DNA of 64,000 bases from NCBI GenBank assembly GCA_039630545.1, contig JBCNUU010000002.1, forward strand, positions 159,994-223,993. The letters run 5' to 3'. The notes beneath the pieces were generated by a model. It made no database searches and had not been told where the DNA came from. It saw only the letters and a program-made list of their open reading frames with translations. The position numbers and the translations under genes were made by a program. Positions 21,254 to 32,297 of the stretch are shown piece after piece. Origin of the DNA: Endomicrobiia bacterium (GTDB lineage: Bacteria; Elusimicrobiota; Endomicrobiia; DTEH01). The first letter of the stretch is position 1; each line of letters starts with the position of its first letter.

Positions 21254-23398
21254 ATGAAGGAAATCTTTGAATTTACTACTAAAATACTTAAAAAAGACAA
21301 AGACACTTCAGCCGTATCCTTTATAGATACAGTAAAAAAAATAGAATTCGAATTCGGTGAGCTTGCTAAACAAGCAAATTTTTCCGTAAAGGTAACTTGT
21401 GGTGGAACAAGTGTTTTATGTTGTGTGGTTGTATCTAAGTATGAGAACAAGGAAATACCTTCGGAACCATTGGTCCCTTTAATTGTAGATTATAGAGAAA
21501 GAACATATGCTGCTGGTAAAATACCGGGTGGTTTTTTTAAACGAGAAGGTAAGCCCAGAGAACACGAAATTCATGTTTCTCGTCTAATTGATAGAACCTT
21601 AAGACCTTTATTTCCTAAAGATTTAAATAGAGATGTTCATATAAGTGTGTTAGTGCTTTCCTTTGATCCTGAAAATGATCCAACATCTTTAGCAGTTTTA
21701 GGTTCTTCTTTAGCAGTATCCTTATCTGATATTCCTTTTGAAGGTGGATGTAGCTGTTTTAGATTAGGTAAAATAAATGATCAATACATAGTTAATCCTT
21801 CTTTTTATGAATTAGAAGTAAGTAAACTGGATATAATAGCTGGTTTTTACAAAGATCAAATTTTGATGATAGAAACAGAAGCAGATAATATAGAAGAAGA
21901 AGAGATAATTGAAGCACTAAATTTTTTGATACCATATGCAAGATCATATTATGAATTTCAAAAGATGATAATTGAAAAATATGGTAAACAAAAATTTTCT
22001 ATTATAAAGAAATATGATTCAGAAAATCTTGTAAAATTAAATAAGGATAATTTTGTAAGTGAAGTTGAGAAAGTATTAGAAATTAAAAATAAAGAAGAAA
22101 GGGAATATGCATACATAGAATTAGCAAAAAAGATAGAAATATCTAAAGAATTTTGTGACGAAAGTATTTTAAAAAACGAGGAATTGTTAGATAGTTTAAA
22201 ACAGAGAATTTTTTTTACTATATTACGAGAAGTTGTCAGAAATAAAATTTTACACTCTAAAGTAAGAATAGACAGTAGAAGCTACGATGACATAAGAGAA
22301 ATAAAATGTCAAGTTGGAGTTTTGCCCAGAACTCATGGATCTTCAATTTTTCAAAGAGGACAAACACAAGCATTAGTAACTGTGACTTTAGGCACTTTTT
22401 CTGATGTTCAAATAATGGATGAATTGGTAGGAGAATACAAAGAAAGGTTTATTTTTCATTATAACTTTCCAGGATTTGCTACTGGAGAAGTAAAGCCTGA
22501 AAGAGGAGTTTCAAGACGAGAATTAGGTCATGGTTTTTTGGCTAAAAAATCTTTAGAGGCTGTTATTCCTTCTCAAGAAGAATTTCCTTATACAATAAGA
22601 ATTGTTTCTGACATTTTAGAGTCTAATGGTTCTTCATCTATGGCTTCGGTTTGTGGAGCCACTTTAGCACTTCTTGATGCAGGAGTAAAAATAAAAGATC
22701 TGGTTGCTGGAGTAGCTGTTGGTTTAATTAAAGAAGGTGATGATTATGCTATTTTAATTGATATTGCTGGAATTGAAGATCATTGTGGAGATATGGATTT
22801 CAAGATAGCAGGGACAGAAAGTGGTATAACAGCGATACAGTTAGATCTGAAAATTTTAGGAATTCCTGTATCATTAGTAAAAGAGATTTTATCTAAAGCA
22901 AAGCAAGCGAGAGTTAAAATTTTAAATATTATGAGAAGTGTAATAGATAAGCCTCGGGAAACAATTTCTATTTATGCTCCAAGAATTAAAGTAATGCAGA
23001 TACCCGTGGATAAAATTGGAGATTTAATTGGACCTAAAGGTAAAAATATAAAGCAAATTATAGAAGAGACCCAATCAAAAATTGAAATAGAAGAAAACGG
23101 AAAAATATTTATTTCAGCTGAAAGTGATGAATTTTTAGATAAAGCAATAAATAAAATAGAGTTGTTAACAAAGGAGTTAGAAATAGGAAAAGTTTATTTA
23201 GGTAAAGTAAAAAAGGTTGTAAACTATGGAGTTTTTGTAGAACTGTTACCTAATAAAGTTGGTTTGTTGCATATTTCTCAGCTTAAACAAAAAGTTAAAG
23301 ATATCCAAGAAGTGTTTTCTGAAGGTGATGAAATTTTTGTAAAAGTTATAAATATAGATGAAGAAGGAAGACCGGTTTTATCACAAAGAGGTATTTAA
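21254..23398 (+). CDS. pnp: Polyribonucleotide nucleotidyltransferase
   Basis: AAGKIPGGFFKREG, ESNGSSSMASVCG, GDMDFKIAG; KH and S1 domains. Confidence 0.97.
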   Translation: MKEIFEFTTKILKKDKDTSAVSFIDTVKKIEFEFGELAKQANFSVKVTCGGTSVLCCVVVSKYENKEIPSEPLVPLIVDYRERTYAAGKIPGGFFKREGKPREHEIHVSRLIDRTLRPLFPKDLNRDVHISVLVLSFDPENDPTSLAVLGSSLAVSLSDIPFEGGCSCFRLGKINDQYIVNPSFYELEVSKLDIIAGFYKDQILMIETEADNIEEEEIIEALNFLIPYARSYYEFQKMIIEKYGKQKFSIIKKYDSENLVKLNKDNFVSEVEKVLEIKNKEEREYAYIELAKKIEISKEFCDESILKNEELLDSLKQRIFFTILREVVRNKILHSKVRIDSRSYDDIREIKCQVGVLPRTHGSSIFQRGQTQALVTVTLGTFSDVQIMDELVGEYKERFIFHYNFPGFATGEVKPERGVSRRELGHGFLAKKSLEAVIPSQEEFPYTIRIVSDILESNGSSSMASVCGATLALLDAGVKIKDLVAGVAVGLIKEGDDYAILIDIAGIEDHCGDMDFKIAGTESGITAIQLDLKILGIPVSLVKEILSKAKQARVKILNIMRSVIDKPRETISIYAPRIKVMQIPVDKIGDLIGPKGKNIKQIIEETQSKIEIEENGKIFISAESDEFLDKAINKIELLTKELEIGKVYLGKVKKVVNYGVFVELLPNKVGLLHISQLKQKVKDIQEVFSEGDEIFVKVINIDEEGRPVLSQRGI

Positions 23399-23401
23399 GA
23401 T

Positions 23402-23875
23402 ATGAAAAAAGAAACTGATAAACTAATTGATGATCGTATTATAAATAAGTTAAAAGAAGTTTATTCTTTAATGTATGAAGCCGATGTTAAAGAAATAGAT
23501 ATAAAACTCGAAGAACACACTTTGAAAATTAAAAGGTTTTCTAATGTAGAATCTGATAACAAATATTTTGAAAAAAGCCAGGTTATAAAAGAAGAACAAC
23601 CTAAAGAAACCAAGAAAGATGAAGAACTTATAAAGGGTGAAGAAATTTTGTCTCCGTTAAATGGGATATTTTATAGATCACCTTCTCCAGGTGCACCACC
23701 ATTCGTAAAAGAAGGAGATATTGTAGCTGCAGGAAGTATTTTATGTATCATTGAAGCTATGAAAGTTATGAACGAAATTAAAGCAGATAAAAACTGTAGA
23801 ATTTTAAAAGTTTTATGTGAAAATGGTGCACCGGTTTCGGCCGGGACTAAATTATTTATTGTAGAAAAAGTATAG
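23402..23875 (+). CDS. accB: Acetyl-CoA carboxylase biotin carboxyl carrier protein
   Basis: FYRSPSPGAPPFV and IIEAMKVMNEI biotinylation motif. Confidence 0.93.
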   Translation: MKKETDKLIDDRIINKLKEVYSLMYEADVKEIDIKLEEHTLKIKRFSNVESDNKYFEKSQVIKEEQPKETKKDEELIKGEEILSPLNGIFYRSPSPGAPPFVKEGDIVAAGSILCIIEAMKVMNEIKADKNCRILKVLCENGAPVSAGTKLFIVEKV

Positions 23876-23889
23876 AGAAAAAATATGTT

Positions 23890-24099
23890 ATGAATTATAA
23901 ACCGCAGGAAATAGGACTTACAGCTGGTAGAATATGGAATTATTTGAATAATAAAAATGATTTTGTTGAAGTTTTAGAATTAAAGTTTGAATTAAAACTT
24001 AATAATACTGATTTATATCTTGCATTAGGGTGGTTAGCTAGAGAAGATAAAATTGAGTTTCTTGTTGAAGACAATTCTCTGAAAGTGAAATTAAAATGA
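23890..24099 (+). CDS. Small winged-helix protein (DUF2582-like)
   Basis: IGLTAGRIWNYL...LALGWLAREDKI. Confidence 0.85.
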   Translation: MNYKPQEIGLTAGRIWNYLNNKNDFVEVLELKFELKLNNTDLYLALGWLAREDKIEFLVEDNSLKVKLK

Positions 24100-26360
24100 C
24101 CTCCAGCTTAAAATATAAAAATTTTTATATAAAAGCTAAACCTGCAAGTAAAAAACAAATATGGATTATTTTATTGATTGTATTATTTAGTATGTTTCTT
24201 ATGTACTGTTTTGTTTTTCCTAAAAATGCAGGTATTTTGGGAATACAGATCAATAAGTTTTTTACTAATGTATTTGGAATAAGTAAATTTTTGCTGCCAT
24301 TAATTTTTTTATATTGGATATGGTATATTTTAAAATCAAAGAAAAAAAATTTTAAGTATGATATTTTTTTGACAGTTTTACTTATAATTTTACTAACTGG
24401 AATAATTAAAATATTTTTACTTTTGTTAAAAATTAAAGAAACAAATACATTAGCTGGGCAATTAGGCAATGTAGTTTTTGATATATCAGAAAGAATATTT
24501 GGAGAAATCTTTGGAAGTATAGTTTTAATTGTTTTATTTTTATATGGAATAACTTCTTTGTTTGAAATTTCTTTATATGATCTTCTTAACAGTGTATATA
24601 ATAGTATTGTAGTAGATATTCAAAATTGGAAAAAAGAGATTAAAAGTAAAAATATAACTGAAAGAGATTCTTCTTTATCTAGGTATGTTCAGCAAAGAGA
24701 AACAGTTGTAGCCCAACCGATAAACAAAACTTTAGACCAATCACTTTCTTCTTTTCAAGAGGTTGTTTCTTCTTTATCTATTAAACAACACAAACAGATT
24801 CCTAAATCCAAAATAAACACTATAAAAGAAGAAATATCTGATGAAGAAAAAAAAGTATCTCTAAAAGATAAAGAAATAAAACAAACTAAAAAAGAATACA
24901 TTCTTCCTGATATAGATCTTTTGACAATATATAAAAAGGAAATTTCACTTGATAAAAATAATTTATCTAAAGAAGCAGAAACTTTAGAAAAAGTACTTAA
25001 GGAATTTAATGTTAATGCTAAGGTTGTGGATGTTTCATGTGGACCGGTTGTGACAATGTATGAACTTCAACTTGAGCCTGGTATAAAGGTTCAATCTGTA
25101 AGTGCTTTAAGAGACAACATAGCCCTTGCTATGAAAGCTTCCAGTATAAGGGTGATAGCACCTTTACCTGGTAAAGGCACAATAGGCATAGAAATACCTA
25201 ACAAAAAACCAGAAATAGTTTCAATAAGAGAGGTGTTAGAAAGTAAAGAATACCAGACAAGTATGAAAGAAATGAAACTACCTATTGCTTTAGGTAAAAC
25301 TACAGATGGGAAAGTATATGTAGATGATATTGTGCCGATGCCACATATTCTTATTGCAGGTTCTACAGGTTCTGGTAAAAGTGTTTGCATTCATGCAATG
25401 ATAATTTCGTTGTTATATTCCTGTAAACCTGATTATTTAAAATTAGTTTTAATAGATCCTAAGCGTTTAGAACTAATGCATTATAATGGAATTCCACATT
25501 TATACAATCCAAATTGTTCTGCTGATGAAGTAAAAGTAATCACTTCTTCAAAAGAAGCTTCAAAAGTATTAAGTTCTCTTGTAAAAATTATGGATTTCAG
25601 GTATGAAAAATTTGCTTCTTATAATGTAAGAAATATAGATGGCTACAATGAACTAATGCTTAATCAACGAAAACCCATAGAACCTTATATAGTAGTAATA
25701 ATAGATGAATTTGCAGATCTTATGCTTACTTCTGCTAAAGAAGTCGAAGATTCAATTCAAAGATTAGCTCAAATGGCAAGAGCGGTGGGAATTCATCTTG
25801 TATTAGCTACTCAAAGACCTTCTGTAGATGTAATAACAGGAGTTATTAAAGCAAATTTTTCTTGCAGAATAGCTTTTCAGGTATTATCAAAAACAGATTC
25901 AAGAGTAATTCTTGATTCCGCTGGTGCAGAAGAACTTTTAGGAAGAGGAGATATGTTATACTTACCGACAGGCGCACCTAAACCTATAAGACTACAGGGA
26001 GCATATGTTTCTGAAAAAGACATTGAAAATGTAGTTAACTTTATTACTTCACAGGGAATTAAACCAGAGTATGAAGCAATTGTTAAACCTCATTCTCCGG
26101 CTAAAATTCTTAAAGAAAGAGAAACACAACAAATAGAAGATCTGTATGCTGCTTTAATTTTAATAAGAGATAGAAAACGAGTTTCTCAAGATTTGTTGAA
26201 AGCATATTTCAGATCTTCTGCAAAAGCAACCGACATATTAAGTTTATTAGAAGTAAAAGGTTTTATTTATAAGCCAGAAGGTACAAACAGGTGGAACATA
26301 AATTTTGATAGAGTTGAAGAGGCTATCAACGAGTATGAAAAAAATAAAAACATTTCTTAA
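24096..26360 (+). CDS. ftsK: DNA translocase FtsK
   Basis: N-terminal TMs; MPHILIAGSTGSGKSV, IDEFADLM, ATQRPSVDVITG and AEELLGRGDML. Confidence 0.95.
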   Translation: MTSSLKYKNFYIKAKPASKKQIWIILLIVLFSMFLMYCFVFPKNAGILGIQINKFFTNVFGISKFLLPLIFLYWIWYILKSKKKNFKYDIFLTVLLIILLTGIIKIFLLLLKIKETNTLAGQLGNVVFDISERIFGEIFGSIVLIVLFLYGITSLFEISLYDLLNSVYNSIVVDIQNWKKEIKSKNITERDSSLSRYVQQRETVVAQPINKTLDQSLSSFQEVVSSLSIKQHKQIPKSKINTIKEEISDEEKKVSLKDKEIKQTKKEYILPDIDLLTIYKKEISLDKNNLSKEAETLEKVLKEFNVNAKVVDVSCGPVVTMYELQLEPGIKVQSVSALRDNIALAMKASSIRVIAPLPGKGTIGIEIPNKKPEIVSIREVLESKEYQTSMKEMKLPIALGKTTDGKVYVDDIVPMPHILIAGSTGSGKSVCIHAMIISLLYSCKPDYLKLVLIDPKRLELMHYNGIPHLYNPNCSADEVKVITSSKEASKVLSSLVKIMDFRYEKFASYNVRNIDGYNELMLNQRKPIEPYIVVIIDEFADLMLTSAKEVEDSIQRLAQMARAVGIHLVLATQRPSVDVITGVIKANFSCRIAFQVLSKTDSRVILDSAGAEELLGRGDMLYLPTGAPKPIRLQGAYVSEKDIENVVNFITSQGIKPEYEAIVKPHSPAKILKERETQQIEDLYAALILIRDRKRVSQDLLKAYFRSSAKATDILSLLEVKGFIYKPEGTNRWNINFDRVEEAINEYEKNKNIS

Positions 26361-27006
26361 ATTTTCAGTTATATTTTTAGGAAATTTTTTATTTTCAATT
26401 GAATTTAAACAGTTGATAGAAAAAATTAAACAAAAAGAAAATCAAATAGAAACTATTAAAATGCACTACACACAAGTTATAAATTTTGTTGATCTTAAAG
26501 AAACCTATGAGATAAAAGCAAAATTTTTATATGCTCGTCCAGATAAAATAAAAATAGAAATTTCTGCTCCAATAAAACAGATTGTTGTGGCTGATTCAGA
26601 TATGATATATGTAAAAGATTTAACTAATGATATTATTTATCAATTTAATTCTAAAAAATACTTTGAGAAAGAACACAATTATTTACCACTAATTTTTTCG
26701 AAAAAAAATATGAGATATGAAGTAACAGAATTTTTAAAGAAAATGGGGGTTAAATTAATTAAAGAAGAGAATAAATATTATGTACTATCAACAAAATTTG
26801 AGAAAAAAAATGATAATGTTACCAAACAAACAAGATTTGTAATTTGGATTAATAAAGAAACACTTTTTCCAGAAAAAATATATATGACCTCGCCTAAATA
26901 CATAATTGAAACAGAATTTTCAAGTTATGAAGTTAATTTTGAATATTCTTTGGAAGATTTTGAGATAGAAAAAACCACAAACACTAAAATTGTAGAGATT
27001 AGATAA
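26335..27006 (+). CDS. lolA: Outer-membrane lipoprotein carrier LolA-like
   Basis: Signal peptide, YARPDKIKIE...PIKQIVVAD pattern; ftsK-lolA synteny. The ATG at 26335 is preferred. Confidence 0.7.
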   Translation: MKKIKTFLKFSVIFLGNFLFSIEFKQLIEKIKQKENQIETIKMHYTQVINFVDLKETYEIKAKFLYARPDKIKIEISAPIKQIVVADSDMIYVKDLTNDIIYQFNSKKYFEKEHNYLPLIFSKKNMRYEVTEFLKKMGVKLIKEENKYYVLSTKFEKKNDNVTKQTRFVIWINKETLFPEKIYMTSPKYIIETEFSSYEVNFEYSLEDFEIEKTTNTKIVEIR

Positions 27007-27015
27007 ATTTTAAAT

Positions 27016-27588
27016 ATGAATATAGCTACGAAAATTACTTTATTTAGAATTCTATTAGTTCCATTATTTTTAATTTTCATTTTAATAGATACAATTTTCA
27101 CACGTATTTTAGCACTTTTAGTATTTATTTTTGGTGGTATAACAGACACAATTGATGGAATGATTGCAAGAAAAAAAAACATGATTACTAAAATTGGTAG
27201 TAGTCTGGATCCTCTGGCAGATAAATTGCTAATAACCACAGCTCTTATTAGTTTTTTGAGTTTTAAAGAATTAGAAATTCCATCATGGACAGTAATAGTG
27301 ATAGTAGTGAGAGACTATATAATTACCTGGGTAAGAAGTATAGAGTTAAAAACATCAATGCCAGCTGATAAAATGGCTAAATTTAAGACCTTTTTACAGA
27401 ATATAGCTGTGATATCTATTCTTTTAATTCTTATCTTTAAAGACTATATGTTATATTTTAATAGTTATGTGCTAAGAATATATCCCAAGATTATTATGAT
27501 TTTAGTATCTTTTTTTACTTTAGTTTCAGGGTTAATTTATTTGATAAAATATAAAAAAATAATAGAGGAACATTTTAATAAAAGTTGA
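27016..27588 (+). CDS. pgsA: CDP-diacylglycerol:glycerol-3-phosphate phosphatidyltransferase
   Basis: TDTIDGMIARK...G..LDPLADK CDP-alcohol phosphotransferase motif. Confidence 0.92.
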   Translation: MNIATKITLFRILLVPLFLIFILIDTIFTRILALLVFIFGGITDTIDGMIARKKNMITKIGSSLDPLADKLLITTALISFLSFKELEIPSWTVIVIVVRDYIITWVRSIELKTSMPADKMAKFKTFLQNIAVISILLILIFKDYMLYFNSYVLRIYPKIIMILVSFFTLVSGLIYLIKYKKIIEEHFNKS

Positions 27589-28031
27589 AAAACTTGTTTA
27601 TAGAAATTTTATCCAGTTTTTTTTATATAGGATACTTACCTGCATCCGGGACTTTTGCTACGGTAGCTAGTTTTTTTTTAGTAGTATTACTTTATCAATT
27701 AAATATTTTTTTTAGAATATTTATAATTTTATTCTTTATAATTTCAGGAATATACTTTAGTGGTTCGGCTGAAAGTATTTTTAAAAATAAAGATGACAAA
27801 AGAATAGTAATAGATGAAATTGTTGGATTTTTAATTGCAATGTTAGGTTTTTATCCTACCTTTTTAAATTTAATTTTATGTTTTTTACTTTTTAGATTTT
27901 TTGATATTTCAAAATTTTTTGTTTTAAATAAATTGCAAAAGCTTCCATATGGTGTAGGAATTATGTTTGATGATATATTAGCTGGTTTTTTTGCAAATGT
28001 TATTTTAAAATTTATCCTCTTCTTTTTTTAA
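27585..28031 (+). CDS. pgpA: Phosphatidylglycerophosphatase A
   Basis: ASGTFAT, IVIDEIVG, FRFFDISK and GIMFDDILAG. Confidence 0.92.
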   Translation: MKNLFIEILSSFFYIGYLPASGTFATVASFFLVVLLYQLNIFFRIFIILFFIISGIYFSGSAESIFKNKDDKRIVIDEIVGFLIAMLGFYPTFLNLILCFLLFRFFDISKFFVLNKLQKLPYGVGIMFDDILAGFFANVILKFILFFF

Positions 28032-28040
28032 ATTCTTTTT

Positions 28041-29276
28041 ATGAACATTTCTTTAGCAATATATAACTTTATATTATTTTTTGCAATAGTAATTTTTTAT
28101 CCAGTTTTGTCTTTTTATTTAAAAACAAATATTTCAAAAAAATATCCGATATGGGTACACTGTGCTTCACTCGGTGAGGTAAAGATAGCACTAAGATTAG
28201 TAAACGCTTTGATGAATAAATTAAATCTAAAAAATTCTGATATTTTAATTACAACTACAACCATCTCGGCTAAAAATTTTGCTATTAATTTTCACAAAGA
28301 AGTTGCAATATTACCTTTGGACTTTTATTTTTTTGTAAAGAAAATTACCACTAAAGTCCAACCAAGAGTTTTTATACTTATAGAAACAGAAATCTGGCCT
28401 AATTATATCAATGTAATAAAAAAATTTGGAAGCAAAATATTTATTTTAAATGGAAGAGTTTCTAAAAAAACTTTTATTTTTTTGAAAATGTTTAACTTTA
28501 TGTTTAAAAACTTACTAAACAAAGTTGATCTTATTCTGGTTAGAGAGAAAATTGATTATATAAGATTTAAAAATATAGGAATAGCCGAAGAAAAAATTAA
28601 GATTACAGGTAACATGAAATACGATGATTTGGATTCTTTTGAAATAAATGTCAAAAAAGAAGATTTTTCTTTTAATAGTGAAGATTTTGTTATTACATTT
28701 GGCAGTATAAGGGAAGGGGAGGAAAAAGAGATTATAAAGTTTATAAAAAAATTTAAAGAAGAAAATAATTTAAAATTCATATTAGCTCCGCGACATTTAA
28801 ATTTAGTAAAAAAAATATGTAAAATTTTAAATAAACAAAAAATTTCATACAAGCTAAGAACAAACTCTGATAGACTCAATTTCAAGTGTTTAGTAGTAAA
28901 TACCCATGGAGAGTTAAAAAAATTCTACAAAATTTCAGATCTGGTATTTGTATGTGGTAGTATTCTGCCTTATGGCGGACAGAATTTCTTAGAAGCAGCT
29001 TCTTTAGGAAAAACAGTTGTGTTAGGACCGTATGTTTTTAATTTTTTAGAACCTGCAAAATTATTTTTATCAAATCAAGCTGTGATTCAAGTAAGTAATC
29101 TGGTTGAGTTTTATTCTGTAGTAAAGGATGCCTTAAACTTTCCTCAAAAATATCTGAAAATTGGTCTGAGGGCAAAAGAACTTATTCAAAAATTAAAAGG
29201 AGTTACAGAAAAAAACATACAACTAATTGAGCCTTATTTAATTTCATCTCTTTATGAAAAAAATTTTAATAATTAA
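28041..29276 (+). CDS. waaA: Kdo transferase
   Basis: WVHCASLGE, ETEIWPN, LAPRH and GGQNFLE. Confidence 0.93.
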   Translation: MNISLAIYNFILFFAIVIFYPVLSFYLKTNISKKYPIWVHCASLGEVKIALRLVNALMNKLNLKNSDILITTTTISAKNFAINFHKEVAILPLDFYFFVKKITTKVQPRVFILIETEIWPNYINVIKKFGSKIFILNGRVSKKTFIFLKMFNFMFKNLLNKVDLILVREKIDYIRFKNIGIAEEKIKITGNMKYDDLDSFEINVKKEDFSFNSEDFVITFGSIREGEEKEIIKFIKKFKEENNLKFILAPRHLNLVKKICKILNKQKISYKLRTNSDRLNFKCLVVNTHGELKKFYKISDLVFVCGSILPYGGQNFLEAASLGKTVVLGPYVFNFLEPAKLFLSNQAVIQVSNLVEFYSVVKDALNFPQKYLKIGLRAKELIQKLKGVTEKNIQLIEPYLISSLYEKNFNN

Positions 29277-30282
29277 ACCATCAGGTATAGGTGATATAGT
29301 CCATTCTTTACCTGTAGCTATTGGTATTAAATATCTTTATCCGGAATGCAAAATTCATTGGGTAGTGTTTGACAAATTTGAAGAAATTTTGTATGGGTTT
29401 CCTTTTGTTGATAAAGTTATTAGTTGGCGATACAGTGGAGGTATAAAAGAATATTTAAGTTTAATTTCAAAACTAAAAAATGAAAACTATGATTTAATAA
29501 TAGATCTTCAAGTTCTTTTAAGAACCGCATTACTTGGATTTTTAATAAAATATAAGAAAGTAATTTCAACAAGTTTCGTAAGAGAACTTACTTACCCATT
29601 TGTAAAACCTGTTGCCAAATTTAATAAGGAACTCCATGCTGTAGAAAGAAATTATCAAGTTGTAGAGTTTTTAGCAAAAAAAGAAAAAAAGAATGTACCT
29701 TTTCCTTTGGAGTTACTGCCATGGATAAAAGTCAGTTTATCTTTACAAGAAAAAGCTAAAAAATTTCTGGATTTTGAAGATAAAAAAAAATATGTTTTAG
29801 TTTCAATTGGTAGTAGAGGACTTCATAAAATCTGGCCAGTTAGAAACTTTTTGAAGTTGATAAATATTTTATTTCAATATTTAAATAATATAACTTTTGT
29901 TTTTGCTGGTTCAGCAAATGAAAACGTACTTTTTGAATTGATAAAAAATGAATTGAAAGCTGAATATAAAAACTTAATAGGTAAAATTGGATTAAAAGAT
30001 TTACCTGCACTGGTTAGTTTATGTGATTTTACAATTAGTAACGACAATGGTATAGCACATATTTCTGCTGCTTTAGATAAACCTACACTAGTATTATTTG
30101 GTCCATCTAATCCTAAATGGTTTTATCCATATAACAAAAAATCTGGATATATATATAAATCTTTAAAATGTTCTCCATGTGGAATAAAAACATTTTGTGA
30201 AGACAACAAGTGTATGAAAGAAATTTCTGTAGAAGAGGTTTTTGATTTTATAATTAAAAATTTTTCAAAATACCTCATATGA
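29254..30282 (+). CDS. GT9 LPS heptosyltransferase (WaaC-like)
   Basis: ILIIKPSGIGDIVHSLP, DNGIAHISAA and LFGPS. Confidence 0.85.
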   Translation: MKKILIIKPSGIGDIVHSLPVAIGIKYLYPECKIHWVVFDKFEEILYGFPFVDKVISWRYSGGIKEYLSLISKLKNENYDLIIDLQVLLRTALLGFLIKYKKVISTSFVRELTYPFVKPVAKFNKELHAVERNYQVVEFLAKKEKKNVPFPLELLPWIKVSLSLQEKAKKFLDFEDKKKYVLVSIGSRGLHKIWPVRNFLKLINILFQYLNNITFVFAGSANENVLFELIKNELKAEYKNLIGKIGLKDLPALVSLCDFTISNDNGIAHISAALDKPTLVLFGPSNPKWFYPYNKKSGYIYKSLKCSPCGIKTFCEDNKCMKEISVEEVFDFIIKNFSKYLI

Positions 30283-31307
30283 AAATTGTATGTTTTTTAC
30301 CCAACTATATTGGTGATGTTTTAATGACTACCCCGGCAATAAGAGTATTAAAAAACAAATTAAGAAATTTTGAATTTTATGTAGCGATAAAAAAAGAACT
30401 TTTTGAATTAGTAGATGGCAACCCTAATGTAGATAAGATAATTTTTAAAGATAGCAGAGTTAACTTAATAAAAAATGTTGCGAAAACGAAGCCTTATTGT
30501 ATAGTTCTTTTTAGAACAACATTTTTTAATTCTTTAATAAGTTTTTTATTAAAACCAAAATTTTCTGTTGGAACGAATGAAGAGTTTAGTAAGTTATTTT
30601 TGAAAAAGACAATAAATAAAAATTTGGATATTTCATATAGAGAGTTAGTTATGAAAATAGCTGAAAAAGTTTTAGATTATTTTAGCTTAAACAAAAATGA
30701 TATATTTTTAGAGATAAAAAAACTGGATTTTTGTGGATATGAAACTGAGGATGTTAAAAAAAATGTTATAAATAAATTAAAAGAAAGAGGACTTGTCAAC
30801 TCTAAGTTAATAGTTTTATCTCCATGCGCTACTAGGAAAACAAAAATGCTTACTGAAAACCAATATGTAGAGTTGATAAATGGTATACTAAAGAATCTGC
30901 CAGAGGGATATGTTATTGTTTTAACAGGTTCTCAGAAAGATGAATTTTTTATTGGTAAAATAGCAATAAAAATAAACGATAAAAGATTAAGAAATTTTTG
31001 TGGAATTTTTAACTTGAAAGAGTTAGCATATTTTTTCAAAATTTCTAGTTTAGTAATTTCTCCAGATAGTGGACCTGCGTATATTTCCGAGGCAGTTGGT
31101 ACAAAGACGATCATATTTTTTACATCCACCTCTCCTTATAAATATGGTCCTTATCCAGATAATGTTGAGGTTTTATACAATTCGATTAATTGTAGTCCAT
31201 GTTATAAAGAAACTTGTAGTAATTTTTTGTGTATTAAAGAATTTGATATAGAAAAATTGGTAGAAAAGATTTTTTTTATTTTAAAAAATGAAAAAAATTC
31301 TGATTAG
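30279..31307 (+). CDS. GT9 LPS heptosyltransferase (WaaF-like)
   Basis: PNYIGDVLMTTP, DSGPAY and CSPC. Confidence 0.85.
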   Translation: MKIVCFLPNYIGDVLMTTPAIRVLKNKLRNFEFYVAIKKELFELVDGNPNVDKIIFKDSRVNLIKNVAKTKPYCIVLFRTTFFNSLISFLLKPKFSVGTNEEFSKLFLKKTINKNLDISYRELVMKIAEKVLDYFSLNKNDIFLEIKKLDFCGYETEDVKKNVINKLKERGLVNSKLIVLSPCATRKTKMLTENQYVELINGILKNLPEGYVIVLTGSQKDEFFIGKIAIKINDKRLRNFCGIFNLKELAYFFKISSLVISPDSGPAYISEAVGTKTIIFFTSTSPYKYGPYPDNVEVLYNSINCSPCYKETCSNFLCIKEFDIEKLVEKIFFILKNEKNSD

Positions 31308-32262
31308 AGGTCCAGATACAATTGGAAGTTTTATTCTGGCAACACCTTTTTATAGAGAGCTAAGAAATAATCTACCTAATGACTATATTGCTTTATGTGT
31401 TAAACCATTAGTTTATGACTTAGCTAAAAACTGTCCATATGTGGATAAGGTGATACTTTATGAAAAAAATATACTTAGAAATTTAAACAACATTAAAAAT
31501 GAAAAATTTGATGAAGCTTATCTTTTATCAGGTAGTTTTGAATCAGCTTTAGTAAGTTTTTTAGCAGGAATAAAAGAAAGGATAGGATATCCTCATGATC
31601 ATAGAGGAATATTTTTGACAAAAAAGATTGTTGATTTAAACACTCAACACTATATAGACTATACTCTTCATATTTTAGAATCTGTTGGGTTTTTGATCAA
31701 GAACAAAGAACCCGAAATATACATTAAAGATTACAATTCTGGTATATTCGCTAAATACAAAAATTTTTTTGAAAGCAATTCTAAAGTAGTAGGAATTACT
31801 TATACTTCTATTGCTAATGATGCAAGAAAATGGCCTGTAGAATATGTAATAGATTTGTCATATAAACTTATAGAAAAAGGTTACAAAGTGATTCTGCTTG
31901 GGAAAAACCAATCCCATTTAGGACTCAAGATTGAGAATGAGAATTTTTTGGATTTAATAAACAAAACTACAATTTTTGATTTTATTTATCTTCTTAGAAA
32001 TTTGTCAACTTATATATCAGTTGCTACTGGAGGAATTCATATAGCGGCAGTTTTAGGTATAAAAGTTATAGCTCTTTATATTCCTGGCGATGAGAGATGG
32101 TTACCTTACGGGCGAAATGTTTATGTTATTGTAAAACAGGTTGGATGTGCTCCATGCAATCAACACAAAATGAAGTATTGTAGAAATAATATATGTTTAA
32201 AAACAATAACACCAGAAGAAGTTTTGGAGATAGTTTTAAAAACAGATCTTGATTTAGAATAA
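31288..32262 (+). CDS. GT9 LPS heptosyltransferase (WaaF-like)
   Basis: ILIRGPDTIG, TGGIHIAA and CAPC. Confidence 0.82.
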   Translation: MKKILIRGPDTIGSFILATPFYRELRNNLPNDYIALCVKPLVYDLAKNCPYVDKVILYEKNILRNLNNIKNEKFDEAYLLSGSFESALVSFLAGIKERIGYPHDHRGIFLTKKIVDLNTQHYIDYTLHILESVGFLIKNKEPEIYIKDYNSGIFAKYKNFFESNSKVVGITYTSIANDARKWPVEYVIDLSYKLIEKGYKVILLGKNQSHLGLKIENENFLDLINKTTIFDFIYLLRNLSTYISVATGGIHIAAVLGIKVIALYIPGDERWLPYGRNVYVIVKQVGCAPCNQHKMKYCRNNICLKTITPEEVLEIVLKTDLDLE

Positions 32263-32297
32263 GAAAATTTATATATAAAATTAAATTTTTACTGAAA

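Noticed and set aside
29254..32262. Cys-rich C-termini (CxPC...C...C) in three GT9 proteins
   Set aside because: Common in WaaF-like heptosyltransferases.
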